IMG/VR virus record: IMGVR_UViG_3300028610_001072
Span: 37,524 to 101,523 of that record
DNA length: 64,000 bases
Reading direction: 5' to 3' (one strand)
Source: a virus
Positions 29,794-39,504 of the stretch are shown here, in pieces. Position numbers and translations under genes: made by a program. The number at the start of each line of letters is the position of its first letter. Position 1 is the first letter of the stretch. The notes under the pieces were generated by a model. It saw only the letters and a list, made by a program, of their open reading frames with translations. It did no database searches and had not been told where the DNA came from.

Positions 29794-30318
29794 CTATCCT
29801 ATTCTGACGGCCACAAGTTGTCCATCGGTCATTGTAATCGTGCAATCGTTATCCGCCTCAATTAGTATACTCAACACTTCTGCTGCGTTAATTAGCACAA
29901 TGTCGAAGCAGGCCCCTGACCCAACATCGCCGCCGGGTGCAATTTTTTGATGGAATCCTCCATCCTCAATACCGGCATCAATCGCAAAGTGAGCATATAT
30001 CGTTGTATTTACTACATTGCTCTCTATCGATGCCGCGAAACATAAAACATACACCCCCGTCTTATCGACGGTAATCTGATTATTGTCCTTGTCTGGGGTC
30101 ATTCCTACAGCAAGGCCATTTGTGCAGAAGTTCTCCAACTTCTCTGCGACACCATCTGCCACGGTCTGAGGGGTGGAGCGATCAATACACTTAATGACCC
30201 CATAGACCCCAAATATTGAGACTAGCATATCTCTCAGGTCCTGTGCGCTGATCTCTCCGGTAGTATTATCCGCCAGTAAGGCAAGTAGTGCTGCTCTGGT
30301 TCTGATTGTATCCGCCAT
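29794..30318 (-). CDS. Hypothetical virion protein (C1q/BclA-like C-terminus)
   Basis: LLADNTTGEISAQDLRD; ITVDKTGVYVLCF. Confidence 0.5.
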   Translation of the reverse strand: MADTIRTRAALLALLADNTTGEISAQDLRDMLVSIFGVYGVIKCIDRSTPQTVADGVAEKLENFCTNGLAVGMTPDKDNNQITVDKTGVYVLCFAASIESNVVNTTIYAHFAIDAGIEDGGFHQKIAPGGDVGSGACFDIVLINAAEVLSILIEADNDCTITMTDGQLVAVRIG

Positions 30319-30320
30319 AG

Positions 30321-31418
30321 TTAATTCCCCAGTTGAAATCCGTGATCGAAGCTGTTATCGAATTGTGGTAGCCGATCAATGGGTAGGTTCATCACCAGTC
30401 CAGCCTCAACATAGTTCCTCAGTGCCAGATGAATTCTTTTTGCTATGATGTCGGTGTCAGCTCCCCGATCCGTGGGCAGCTCCTCGAATACCACATAGTT
30501 AGGCTGGGCAAGATATTCCACCATGTAATTTTCACCAGTCGCCGGTCCCTTGTTTGCCAGCCATGTAATTATCGATCCATCGAAAGTGAAATCGATGTTC
30601 TCTCTGTAGAATGTCTCCCCCTTGGCAACTTGCGTGATTCGGGTCACATTAAATGATTTGATCCGATCCAAAGTCCCCCGCTTCAGGACCGCATTGTCCC
30701 GGCGGCCCCGGTCATCGATCACCATGACATCGCCACGGCTTACCCGGTCGTAAAGTCTCAGGAACTGCATATCTACTGTGTGTGGAACATACCGGTACGG
30801 ATAAGTAGCTGGATTCAGATCGAAAATTGCATTAATCCCATCGCTCGTATCTGGGGGTAAGAATACAAGGCTGGAGCTGCTACCGGCCTTCAGCGAAATT
30901 ATGCTGACATAGCCTGCACTGTCTGGGTCCCCGTCGGACCCTGATTCATAGGCAACCTCACCCAGTCCGGCACTGTTGATGCTCCAGATAATCTCGGCCA
31001 CACTTACATCGGTTTCATCGGCGGCCTTGAGCTTGCAGTTGATCCGGGTAGAGGTCCCCCCGTCAACCATCACTTGGATATTGAACTTGGTAGACAGGTT
31101 CACCCCTGCTGACAGGTCCGTGCTGGTCAGTATGGCGTGATGACTTAGCTGCACTCTGGGGATCGTGATTTGACAACCGCCCTGTAGGATCATTCCGGCC
31201 TTTTCACTCACCCGGCGGAAATCAATCGAGGTCCGCAAAAGATTGTATTCCACAACCGGCTTGTATCGAAATCCATTAATGCAGTTATCCCCCGGATCAT
31301 AGCTGCCATGATTTGCACCTACGCAATCACACATCCGGGCTTCATAATAGAGCACTTTCACATTCAGATCATTGATCAGTTTAGCGGTTTCCCTTGATAT
31401 ATTCAGAGAGGATGTCAT
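30321..31418 (-). CDS. Neck / head-closure protein with an inserted domain
   Basis: N-terminal ARMCDC...CINGFRY pattern of SPO1-like neck proteins. Confidence 0.6.
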   Translation of the reverse strand: MTSSLNISRETAKLINDLNVKVLYYEARMCDCVGANHGSYDPGDNCINGFRYKPVVEYNLLRTSIDFRRVSEKAGMILQGGCQITIPRVQLSHHAILTSTDLSAGVNLSTKFNIQVMVDGGTSTRINCKLKAADETDVSVAEIIWSINSAGLGEVAYESGSDGDPDSAGYVSIISLKAGSSSSLVFLPPDTSDGINAIFDLNPATYPYRYVPHTVDMQFLRLYDRVSRGDVMVIDDRGRRDNAVLKRGTLDRIKSFNVTRITQVAKGETFYRENIDFTFDGSIITWLANKGPATGENYMVEYLAQPNYVVFEELPTDRGADTDIIAKRIHLALRNYVEAGLVMNLPIDRLPQFDNSFDHGFQLGN

Positions 31419-32278
31419 TACGCCACACCAAGAAAATTTCGCATATCAGTATCGAAGCCCATCTCGATGATCCGCACCACTACTGGATTCATCTCGTCGG
31501 CTGTCTTTTTCGCCAGATTCAACGGTGGTGTTCCGGGGTGCATCCAGCCGTTGCTGTCTTCGTGCATCACCCGGAAAGTCAGATATGTGCTCTGGCCGGT
31601 TGCTTCATGTCTGGGGAATCGCACCATGCCCGCATAGGGGCTGGATTTCCAGTGTGGCCGTCTGTTCTTATCCCCGATACCGGCGGCATCTAAATCCCCC
31701 TGAGTCAGCTTACTTGCCCACTGGTATGAGTAGCGGATTGCTGTTTTGTTCGTGGCTGGATTATGAACCTGATATGCACCGGCCATCCGGCTTCGGTTCA
31801 TATTTTTCGCCATCGCATACACAGCTTGCGGCATGGTCTGAAGGGTGGCCCGGTTAGTTCCGACTCCCCCTTCATGGCTGCCCGCACTGGGCGTACCATG
31901 CCGGAAAGGAATAATCAGATACCGTTTCCCCTTCGCTGAAATTCTGACTTGTGCAGATGTGTATAACGCTCTTTTGAGATCGTGAGCTGGTGTTCCGTGT
32001 TCTACCCATTCAGCATGACGGACAGTATTGATAACCGCCCCTTTGTAGACATCCTGCTCGTAAGGGTATTGGAGACCATCCTTGATCCCCTGTAGGTAAT
32101 CACCCTTTGGACGCTTGAATGCCCCTTCAGAGTTGTCAATCCATCGCTGCTGAACTGCTGCGGTGGAACGCTCGACAGCCTGTGCAGTCGCTGGGAGCTT
32201 GTTAGCTCCCAACGCCTGCAAAGCGAAGACTACATCGGCAAGGCGCTTGGTTTCAACCTGCGCTGTAACATTAAACAT
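31418..32278 (-). CDS. Neck/tail-completion protein
   Basis: HAEWVEHGTPAHDLK, KRYLIIPFRHGTP, YLTFRVM....GWMHPG. Confidence 0.7.
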   Translation of the reverse strand: MFNVTAQVETKRLADVVFALQALGANKLPATAQAVERSTAAVQQRWIDNSEGAFKRPKGDYLQGIKDGLQYPYEQDVYKGAVINTVRHAEWVEHGTPAHDLKRALYTSAQVRISAKGKRYLIIPFRHGTPSAGSHEGGVGTNRATLQTMPQAVYAMAKNMNRSRMAGAYQVHNPATNKTAIRYSYQWASKLTQGDLDAAGIGDKNRRPHWKSSPYAGMVRFPRHEATGQSTYLTFRVMHEDSNGWMHPGTPPLNLAKKTADEMNPVVVRIIEMGFDTDMRNFLGVA

Positions 32279-32284
32279 CGGCTG

Positions 32285-33958
32285 CTAGTCACCAACAGCG
32301 CCCGTAATGTCTTCAACTGCGGCAGCATCAACCGCTTGGACACCTTCTCCAATCAGACGCATTCTGAATAGGCTCTCAGTCACATCCCCTCCGTCAGTGA
32401 TGTCATCAGTCTGTGCGGTCCACGGTGCCTTGACTCCGTTATGGATGAAGAGCACACCGAGCACCACAAAACGATTGGGCATCGCGGCGATCATTGCATC
32501 GGCTGGAACCTTCGCCAGAACAAAGGTATCGTATGCCATGAGTGATGCAGCCATATCACCATCAACTGATTGGACATAATGAGCCGTCCCAGCCAGATCG
32601 CTTACGACCAGCCATGCTCCCCATTTCAGGGCAGTCACAGTGTCAATAAGCGGGAATGGTAATGTCAGATCGGCAGCAACTTCTGCCAACTGGACACCAT
32701 TCACCTTGATAGTCGCGGCCCCGATATTCAACTCTTCTGGTGTACCACTTACTGCACCTGTAGCGGCTGCAACAAGGCCAGTATCACCACTCACATCATA
32801 GTAAGTAGCGGCTGTGACATTTGCATCGGATGTGATTGGTAAGTCAGTGCCGATGGTAAAGCCTGAGCCAGTTGCTTCGATCACCAGATAACCCACCACG
32901 ACAGTATTGGCAGTCAGAGATTGAGTAGCGAGTGCCAGCAGTGCGAGCTCCGCAGACTCATAAGCCATCGTGCCTGTTCCGCCGTTGGAATTGGTTGTGG
33001 TCAGTGCGCCAGTCTTACTGATCTGGAAACGCCATGCACCAAACTTGGCAGCAGTAATATCTTCGGCAGCTCCATCAAGCACCGCTTCTGCGGCACCATC
33101 AAGAACGTCGGCAGCAGCAGCAGCAAGTGAACCGGGAGCTGATGTACCAACAGCAGCACCCATAATGGCATCACCTACATATTGATTATTAACATAGGTG
33201 GTTGAGTTAGCTACGTCACCTCCAGAACCACTTGTCAGAGCGTCAGTACCAGCTTCCCAAGGTTCGCTTGCGCCACCCTTGGCTTCAACGATTACATAAC
33301 CGCAAACTACAGCTCCGGCTGCTGTCACAGCCGCCAGATTTGTGAGGGCTGTAGCTGCGTCAACAGCCTCTGCACCCCAGTCAACATGGGTAGTTGCATT
33401 GGCATCGATGGACAGTATAGCCCCAGCGAAATATGCGTCTGTTGCGATTTTCACACCAGTACCTGTATCAAAATTCTGGTCGATTGAGATTGTCACCAGA
33501 ACACCGGCAACAATGATCTCGAATGCAACACTATTCTTAATGTCGAAGTCGGTATCGATTACAAAAGTTGGCGGTGTGACACACCGGGTTAATTCCTGTG
33601 TACGTAGAGCATTTACCAGTGTTTTGATGTCGGTCACAACTGTCTTGGATGTGGCGTGATCGGTTCTGAGCTCATTCGCCATTGCAATTAACTGAGCTAT
33701 TTTTTCCGACAGGCCAACATCAGCAGATGAATATCGCTGCCCGCCAATCTGATATTGGATCGGGCCGTTCATCCTGACTTTCGTGGCTGTGCCTATGCCA
33801 AATCCACAACCCGGCATACCCGCCAAGATTTTATTCTCAACCACTACAGCGGTTCGTAGTTGGTTGCTCAGTGTTATGATTCGTTTCAACTTATCCCCGA
33901 AACGCATATCGTGGAATAATTTGTTGATCCGATGGTTAAGGTTATAAACTTGTGACAT
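32285..33958 (-). CDS. Head-associated structural protein with internal repeats
   Basis: Ala/Gly/Thr-rich; repeated (F/W)GAW...MAY...VVVGYL units. Confidence 0.55.
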   Translation of the reverse strand: MSQVYNLNHRINKLFHDMRFGDKLKRIITLSNQLRTAVVVENKILAGMPGCGFGIGTATKVRMNGPIQYQIGGQRYSSADVGLSEKIAQLIAMANELRTDHATSKTVVTDIKTLVNALRTQELTRCVTPPTFVIDTDFDIKNSVAFEIIVAGVLVTISIDQNFDTGTGVKIATDAYFAGAILSIDANATTHVDWGAEAVDAATALTNLAAVTAAGAVVCGYVIVEAKGGASEPWEAGTDALTSGSGGDVANSTTYVNNQYVGDAIMGAAVGTSAPGSLAAAAADVLDGAAEAVLDGAAEDITAAKFGAWRFQISKTGALTTTNSNGGTGTMAYESAELALLALATQSLTANTVVVGYLVIEATGSGFTIGTDLPITSDANVTAATYYDVSGDTGLVAAATGAVSGTPEELNIGAATIKVNGVQLAEVAADLTLPFPLIDTVTALKWGAWLVVSDLAGTAHYVQSVDGDMAASLMAYDTFVLAKVPADAMIAAMPNRFVVLGVLFIHNGVKAPWTAQTDDITDGGDVTESLFRMRLIGEGVQAVDAAAVEDITGAVGD

Positions 33959-33976
33959 TGTTGTAATCTCCCTTAG

Positions 33977-35062
33977 TTACTGATACCCGTCGAGTATCAA
34001 TCGTTTTAAATATCTTCCCTTGAACTCGTCAACCCATGCTTTTTCCAGAACCTGATATTCCTTGATCGCTGCTGAATGCTCCCCGAAGGTCGCACTCGAA
34101 GTATAGGAAACTGAAGCACTGGCTCCATCAATGGATTTTGATTCAGAGGCTTTCCCCCGGTGAACGTCAAGGTTGGGCAGCATATTCAGCGCCACCCGTC
34201 GGCCTATCGCATTCTTTATACTGGTCGTTTCATCAGTTTCAAGGTTGTCCCAGTCCAGCCCCCCTACATAGGTGTATAGGAAAAAGTCGGGATAATAATG
34301 TACTCCCCCCTGCAAGATTGCCAGTGTATGCCCCACCGTCATTATGAGACGGAAAGCAAAGCCTGATGCTCCACCGGCATAGGGGATCACCTTGACCAAC
34401 CCTTGTTTTTTATTTCCCACCTGTAGCCATTCGGCTGGAATCTCTGCAAGCTCCTGATCCTTAAGCATGAGCTTCATGCTCGAAACAGATTGCACAGGAA
34501 AATGAAACAACCTCTGGGTCCAGAACTTCTCATAGAGCGGAGTCTTATCATAATCGTGAGCTTCGTCCGTGATCGTTCTGGATGTGAAATAGGTCTTGGT
34601 CTTGGTCTGCATCTCAGCAGTGGCAACCTGAATCTGGCTCCTGATTGTTTCCCTGAATCCCAGCCCCGGATAGGTGGCTTCAATTTCGGCTTCATTGATG
34701 CCCCGGAGAAAGTTATCAAGGATAAATGAGGGAGATACTAAATAGCGGTCGGTGCTGACTGTTTCAACTACGACTGCATCTTCGGGATCGAATTTGGACT
34801 CCAGCTTAACTGTAATTGAGCTGATCGTTGCTTCCCAATACAGGTAGGCATCGTCAGCAGTTGCTGAACTGGAGAATGTTACATCGAGGTAAAATCTTCC
34901 GCTGGAACCATCGAGCGTACAATCTTTCTGACTGAGATCGGCATCACCTGAGTCTTGCATGAAAACTCCGGTGGGATCAACTATCGAAAGCTTTACCGCA
35001 TCGACACTCTCATCGGTGTCCAAAAAGACCCGATTAGACCTCCCGAGGAATAGCTTTTGCAT
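33977..35062 (-). CDS. Head-tail adaptor
   Basis: LFHFPVQSVSSM, YTYVGGL, SESKSIDGASASVSYTSSATFG. Confidence 0.7.
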   Translation of the reverse strand: MQKLFLGRSNRVFLDTDESVDAVKLSIVDPTGVFMQDSGDADLSQKDCTLDGSSGRFYLDVTFSSSATADDAYLYWEATISSITVKLESKFDPEDAVVVETVSTDRYLVSPSFILDNFLRGINEAEIEATYPGLGFRETIRSQIQVATAEMQTKTKTYFTSRTITDEAHDYDKTPLYEKFWTQRLFHFPVQSVSSMKLMLKDQELAEIPAEWLQVGNKKQGLVKVIPYAGGASGFAFRLIMTVGHTLAILQGGVHYYPDFFLYTYVGGLDWDNLETDETTSIKNAIGRRVALNMLPNLDVHRGKASESKSIDGASASVSYTSSATFGEHSAAIKEYQVLEKAWVDEFKGRYLKRLILDGYQ

Positions 35063-35068
35063 AGGCCC

Positions 35069-35926
35069 TTATTTTTTCTTAAAGCGCTCATCAGCATAAA
35101 TTCGTTCAAGCATTACTGCTTTGTTTCCACTATCATCAATATCATGCTTCCGGCAGAACTGACGTATGTATTTCTTTTTGTTCTGTGTAGTTGGAAGCGT
35201 GACTTCTTCAGAGGTTTTTCCACCAGCACCGTCAGCGGCGGTTGCGCCGCCTTCATCGGCGGGGGCATCGCCATCGCCAGCAGGCGGGATTACGTCAATA
35301 CCGACCGGGCCTATAAACGAATCTTCTCCAGAAACTTCCTCACCTTCAAATCGCACTTCGTAGGCACAATCTTTTGGTTCGGGTAATTCCCAGTCTCCGT
35401 TATCATCGGACGTTGTAGAATCTACAAGGGTATCCGTATCCGTATTATAGGAAGTGATGGTGATCCCGGCAAGTCCTCTAATATTGCCCCCTAGTGTGAA
35501 GCCGTCTCCATCCCCATCTTGACCGTCATCTTGGCCGTCGCCATTATTTTGGTCGCCTTCCCCGTCATCTTGACCCTCAGTGCCTTCGTCGGAAGAAGTG
35601 CCTGTAGGGGCCGCCTGTGCGCCTTCTGGGGCATCCTGTGATGCTTCAGTGGCAGCTTCGGTTTTTTCGGTTTTGGGCGGATCGACCTCAGCAGCGGATT
35701 CCTCCGGCTTCGGAGCCTCATCCGTTGCTTTTTCAGTTTTGGCTTCCGCCGCTGGGGGAGCGGCCTCATCCTCGATTTCCTGAAGCTCGAAGCCCCTCTG
35801 TCTTTCACAGAAAAACTGGGCTTGCTCATCATTGAAATTTGTGGCGATGCCGTTCTCAAAGTGAACTGTCCCCACCGACGTTACTCTGTCAAGAGTATGC
35901 TTGTTGGGTGCTACTAAAACTTTCAT
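35069..35926 (-). CDS. Acidic protein following the capsid gene (Ig-like domain, C-terminal SAP-like motif)
   Basis: C-terminal IRQFCRKHDIDDSGNKAVMLERI is SAP-like; low-complexity acidic linkers. Confidence 0.55.
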   Translation of the reverse strand: MKVLVAPNKHTLDRVTSVGTVHFENGIATNFNDEQAQFFCERQRGFELQEIEDEAAPPAAEAKTEKATDEAPKPEESAAEVDPPKTEKTEAATEASQDAPEGAQAAPTGTSSDEGTEGQDDGEGDQNNGDGQDDGQDGDGDGFTLGGNIRGLAGITITSYNTDTDTLVDSTTSDDNGDWELPEPKDCAYEVRFEGEEVSGEDSFIGPVGIDVIPPAGDGDAPADEGGATAADGAGGKTSEEVTLPTTQNKKKYIRQFCRKHDIDDSGNKAVMLERIYADERFKKK

Positions 35927-35953
35927 CTCGTATCCCTATTTTGAAGTTGAGGA

Positions 35954-35983
35954 TATGCCCAGTGAGCTTTCTCACTGGGCATA
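35954..35983 (-). terminator. Hairpin downstream of the major capsid gene
   Basis: TATGCCCAGTGAG-CTTT-CTCACTGGGCATA, a perfect 13-bp stem with a weak U-tail. Confidence 0.6.
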
Positions 35984-36004
35984 ATTCCTTCAGTTTATAG
36001 TAAC

Positions 36005-37597
36005 CTATACAACTGGATTGAATGTTGATTCGGTCCAGCGAATGTTTGTGTATAGGACATGGTATGTCCCGCCCACCCGTTCATTGATCAACTTCTGAAC
36101 TCGTAGATACATATACAGCATGTAGAGATATGGGAATCCCACGATGTTGTTAAGACCAAAGGCAAGTTCCATCCTTACGAATGGCATGAGCTGCCTGTAG
36201 TCCAACGCATCGGTTTCTTCTGCATTGGAGATCAAGATTGCACATGACGTTCCGGGCAGAATTAGGTTCAGGTCTACATACGCTGTGGTACTCACCGGGT
36301 TGGTGACTGCAACGTCCCCGATCCAGCGGCAATCGGTTGCGGCAGCCGCATTCATTGCACTACGATATACTGACAGGCCGGTAATGGTTGCGTCATTACA
36401 GGTAATTGTCAGGGTGACTTTTTGGCCCTGTGCCACAGTGATAGCTGCGGCTGTGGCTGTACCTATTGAAATACCGTCGGGATCAACCGAAGATACCACG
36501 TACCAGTAATCGCCTGCATCTCCTGCCCCAAACTTGGAGCTGGCATCGCTGGCGGTTGCGCCGGTTACGCCGGTAGGCTCTGCCGGTGCATTGGTAGTGT
36601 CCGGGAAGTCGGCTACCGGTGCCACTACATCGGCGGCTTCTCCACTCGGGAAGAAGGTATCAATCGAGCTTACAAATTTGAAGTGAGGATCGGCCTCACC
36701 ACCCCAACCTTGGAAAGCGAAATCGCTGTAGTAACCCGATGCGGGCTGACCAAGCAGTAAGTCTCGCGCTCCGGCCTGCTGGGCACCGGGTAGGTTTACC
36801 CGGCGGCTGACCGGCAAAATCTTGTTAAGGTCAGATTTGACCTTCGTTGGCATAAGCATGTGAGTTGCAATTCCGAGGTTAGTCAGAATGCGCTCGGCAC
36901 CCGTTTCCAACTTGTCTTCAGTAATGTCGCCCCCCTTACTGTAACTGGCAGTGCCAATGGCCCGGCAGTCTACGATACCGTCAGTCGCCCCTGCATTATA
37001 GGCGGCTAGTATCTTGGTGTAAAGGCCATCAAACTGGGTCGGCATCATTGCCGCATTCCCAAAGATGGTTGCCAGCTCGACACCTTCCAAAACGGTGACG
37101 GCTGCGGCGTTGTTGATGATCTGATGTTTCTCGGCGTAAGTCTTTGTAGTTTCAGCTACATGGGATAAATCTCGCATATCGCGGATAAATTTCGTCGAGT
37201 CAACTTTACGTTCTAATGTCACGTCGGAAACAATCGGGAATGCTGTTTCTGAACGCCACTTACCGTAGGCATGGCGCTTGACATTAGTACCGTGATCTGA
37301 TAATACCATCCACTGGTCAAGGACCGCATAGATGGGCTTTTTGCGAAGAAGGTTATAAACCTTCAATTGGCTCTTATTCTCGGCAGTCACTTTGAGCTCG
37401 GTATCGATATTCTCCACTGTGATCGCCCGGCCACCTGTCAGGGTGTCCAGATCGGTCATGTCGGAGCCAACACCTTCGCCCGCCACGAATGCTTTTTCGA
37501 GGCCGCGAGCCGAGAATTGAAGTGAGCCATTATCGAGCAACGACTTATTCAGTTCGTTGATCTGCTCGAAGCTCATACTCGGATTCAAGAGTTGCAT
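36005..37597 (-). CDS. Major capsid protein (SPO1/Herelleviridae-like)
   Basis: GLEKAFVAGEG...LTGGRAITVENIDTELKV, VELATIFGNA...QFDGL, HMLMPTKVKSDL. Confidence 0.9.
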   Translation of the reverse strand: MQLLNPSMSFEQINELNKSLLDNGSLQFSARGLEKAFVAGEGVGSDMTDLDTLTGGRAITVENIDTELKVTAENKSQLKVYNLLRKKPIYAVLDQWMVLSDHGTNVKRHAYGKWRSETAFPIVSDVTLERKVDSTKFIRDMRDLSHVAETTKTYAEKHQIINNAAAVTVLEGVELATIFGNAAMMPTQFDGLYTKILAAYNAGATDGIVDCRAIGTASYSKGGDITEDKLETGAERILTNLGIATHMLMPTKVKSDLNKILPVSRRVNLPGAQQAGARDLLLGQPASGYYSDFAFQGWGGEADPHFKFVSSIDTFFPSGEAADVVAPVADFPDTTNAPAEPTGVTGATASDASSKFGAGDAGDYWYVVSSVDPDGISIGTATAAAITVAQGQKVTLTITCNDATITGLSVYRSAMNAAAATDCRWIGDVAVTNPVSTTAYVDLNLILPGTSCAILISNAEETDALDYRQLMPFVRMELAFGLNNIVGFPYLYMLYMYLRVQKLINERVGGTYHVLYTNIRWTESTFNPVV

Positions 37598-37652
37598 GAT
37601 TAACTCCTAATCATAAGGTTTAAAAAAAAATTTTACTGTTCAGGAAAGGGCA

Positions 37653-39269
37653 CTAGGCAGTACCCTTATCCAGTATCGTTTTCACTGTATCATATTCGCG
37701 TGTGCGATATGCATTCTCCGCTGTTGACATTTCGGAAGTCGTGATCTTCCCCGCCTCATTGGCAGTAGTCAAGCTCTTGGTGAGCTCACCGAAGGTTTTC
37801 GGAATACCTTCAGGACGACCAGTGGATGCGGCATTGCCGTCACCGGCACCCTCTTCGCCTAAGCCGAATTGTGAAAGGTCAACTGGTCCACCGGGACGCG
37901 ATTTCAGGATGACCTGAAAAGCTGTGCCTATCGGGACTTTTTTGTCGCCCTCACCGATATAGAGTGATTTCTCGACTATATCAATTTTGGACGCCAAGGT
38001 TTCACGCATTACTTCTACCTCACCCAGAGCCTTTGCCATAGCCTGATCTCTTTCGTGATCATAGGCAACTTTCTGGGTCAGGAGATTGGCTACATCACCA
38101 ACGCTTTTCTGGATGTCCATCAGCATCGGTCCTGCATCCAAGTATTCTTCACCATCTCCGTCACCGGGGATGGTTACAATTTCGTCTGCTTCTTCAAGGC
38201 CGCCACCGTCACCGGCTGGAACGGACTTGAATATACGTTCCCTGATTTCTGACATATTGGTAACAAGGCTCTTCAGTAATGAAGTGGGGGTCTCCGGGCC
38301 ACCACCACCGCCATCGCCGCCGCCATCGCCGCCGCCATCGCCGCCGCCATCGCCGCCGCCATCGCCGCCGCCATCGCCGCCGCCCTCTTCGGGGAACAGG
38401 GATTTTGCGAGCCTGCCCGCAACTTCTTCGTCATGTCCTTCATCGACAAAATGTTGTTTGGCCTGTTCTTCGGTTTCAAAAGTCTTCATCGGTAAACTCC
38501 CGTTTTCAGATTTTTTGAGTTTGTTTTTCTTCCGTGTTTTATCCTTAGAACCGGCTGCCTTAATCTGCTCAGCGGTCTCTTTGATCTCGTCGTCGATATT
38601 TTCCTTGGTAATGGCATCCACTCCAGTTTTCGATGCAAGATCGGTACTGGTTGGTGTGGCCGTCATTGCCTTTTCGACTTCTTCCTTGTAACCCAAGGAT
38701 TTGGCAAATCGTGCATGGTTCTCCTGAAGTGCATGGAGATATACAGATTTATTCACTGGGCTGGGGGTGATTACTACATTGACCACTTTCGCTTTGCGAT
38801 AGCCGCCTTTTTCGACTTTGCCGTCGGTGTAATTGCCTTCAACAGACCAGCCCAAAGTTTTTTGATTGTTGGGAAATTGGCGATTGTGCGTCTCGATGTT
38901 CTGGATCAACTGCCATACATCGTTTGAATATTTTCCGTCCGCGAACAGTGCCCCTTTGATCAGCGTCCCGCCTTCAGGGGTGGTGGCTCGCTCATGGGGA
39001 CACCCAATAATATGAGCCGGGTCATTCGCAACATGCTCATATTTGATCCAGCCCTGATCATCGAAGTATGAGAAATCGAGCGATTTACTGATCAGCCTCT
39101 CTTTGTCCTCATCCTCATTGGAGTTGGTTATCTCTCCCCAGATCAGTCGCCGGGTGATCAGTTTACCGCTGTCATCCGCCACCTTTTCCTTGGCCGAATC
39201 TACGGACTTTTGGAGATTGATCATCCCGTGTAGTATGAAGTCAGGTTGCTGCTGTTGTTCATTACTCAT
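37653..39269 (-). CDS. Prohead protease fused to scaffold
   Basis: DEDKERLISKSLDFSYF...WIKYEH...IIG.P, LGWSVEG, NVVITPSPVN protease motifs, followed by an acidic tail with many xxKS/KA sites. Confidence 0.85.
   Translation of the reverse strand: MSNEQQQQPDFILHGMINLQKSVDSAKEKVADDSGKLITRRLIWGEITNSNEDEDKERLISKSLDFSYFDDQGWIKYEHVANDPAHIIGCPHERATTPEGGTLIKGALFADGKYSNDVWQLIQNIETHNRQFPNNQKTLGWSVEGNYTDGKVEKGGYRKAKVVNVVITPSPVNKSVYLHALQENHARFAKSLGYKEEVEKAMTATPTSTDLASKTGVDAITKENIDDEIKETAEQIKAAGSKDKTRKKNKLKKSENGSLPMKTFETEEQAKQHFVDEGHDEEVAGRLAKSLFPEEGGGDGGGDGGGDGGGDGGGDGGGDGGGGGPETPTSLLKSLVTNMSEIRERIFKSVPAGDGGGLEEADEIVTIPGDGDGEEYLDAGPMLMDIQKSVGDVANLLTQKVAYDHERDQAMAKALGEVEVMRETLASKIDIVEKSLYIGEGDKKVPIGTAFQVILKSRPGGPVDLSQFGLGEEGAGDGNAASTGRPEGIPKTFGELTKSLTTANEAGKITTSEMSTAENAYRTREYDTVKTILDKGTA
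38308..38379. repeat. Perfect 12-bp tandem repeat x6 (CCGCCATCGCCG) encoding (GGGD)6 in the scaffold
   Basis: Seen directly in sequence. Confidence 0.95.
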
Positions 39270-39366
39270 GGTAAAAAAAATGCCCAATCCCCCTGTGGGA
39301 ACTGGGCCTATGACCTTATTACTATGCTTCGCAAATTGAAGCTGTGATGTCCTTGCCTCGGATGAG

Positions 39367-39395
39367 AATGTACTATCCTATATTTGGCAAGTCAA
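39367..39395 (-). promoter_or_regulatory. Sigma70-type promoter of the morphogenesis operon
   Basis: Minus strand TTGACT-17bp-TACATT upstream of the protease gene. Confidence 0.7.
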
Positions 39396-39402
39396 TACTT
39401 CT

Positions 39403-39442
39403 GATGACATTTTTGTCAGGAGCTGATGACAATATTGTCATC
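39403..39442. promoter_or_regulatory. Tandem TGACA-N4-TGTCA palindromes (39405-39418, 39427-39440)
   Basis: The second lies in a perfect 18-bp palindrome GATGACAATATTGTCATC. Spacing is 22 bp, just upstream of the -35 box. Confidence 0.7.
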
Positions 39443-39465
39443 GCGTCGTCTATTGTTTTGGAAAT

Positions 39466-39490
39466 AAAAAAGGCCCCGGATGGGGCCTTT
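39466..39490 (-). terminator. Intrinsic terminator ending the early island
   Basis: AAAGGCCCC-ggat-GGGGCCTTT stem followed by a T-run on the minus strand. Confidence 0.8.
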
Positions 39491-39504
39491 CTATTGCGGT
39501 GGGA

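Noticed and set aside
5899-37597. Extracellular contractile injection system or tailocin
   Set aside because: Capsid, protease, neck and replication genes are present, so this is a phage.
38086-38691. Plus-strand ORFs with PPPS, HRRR or AAAM repeats
   Set aside because: These are alternative-frame readings of the 12-bp repeat inside the protease/scaffold gene.
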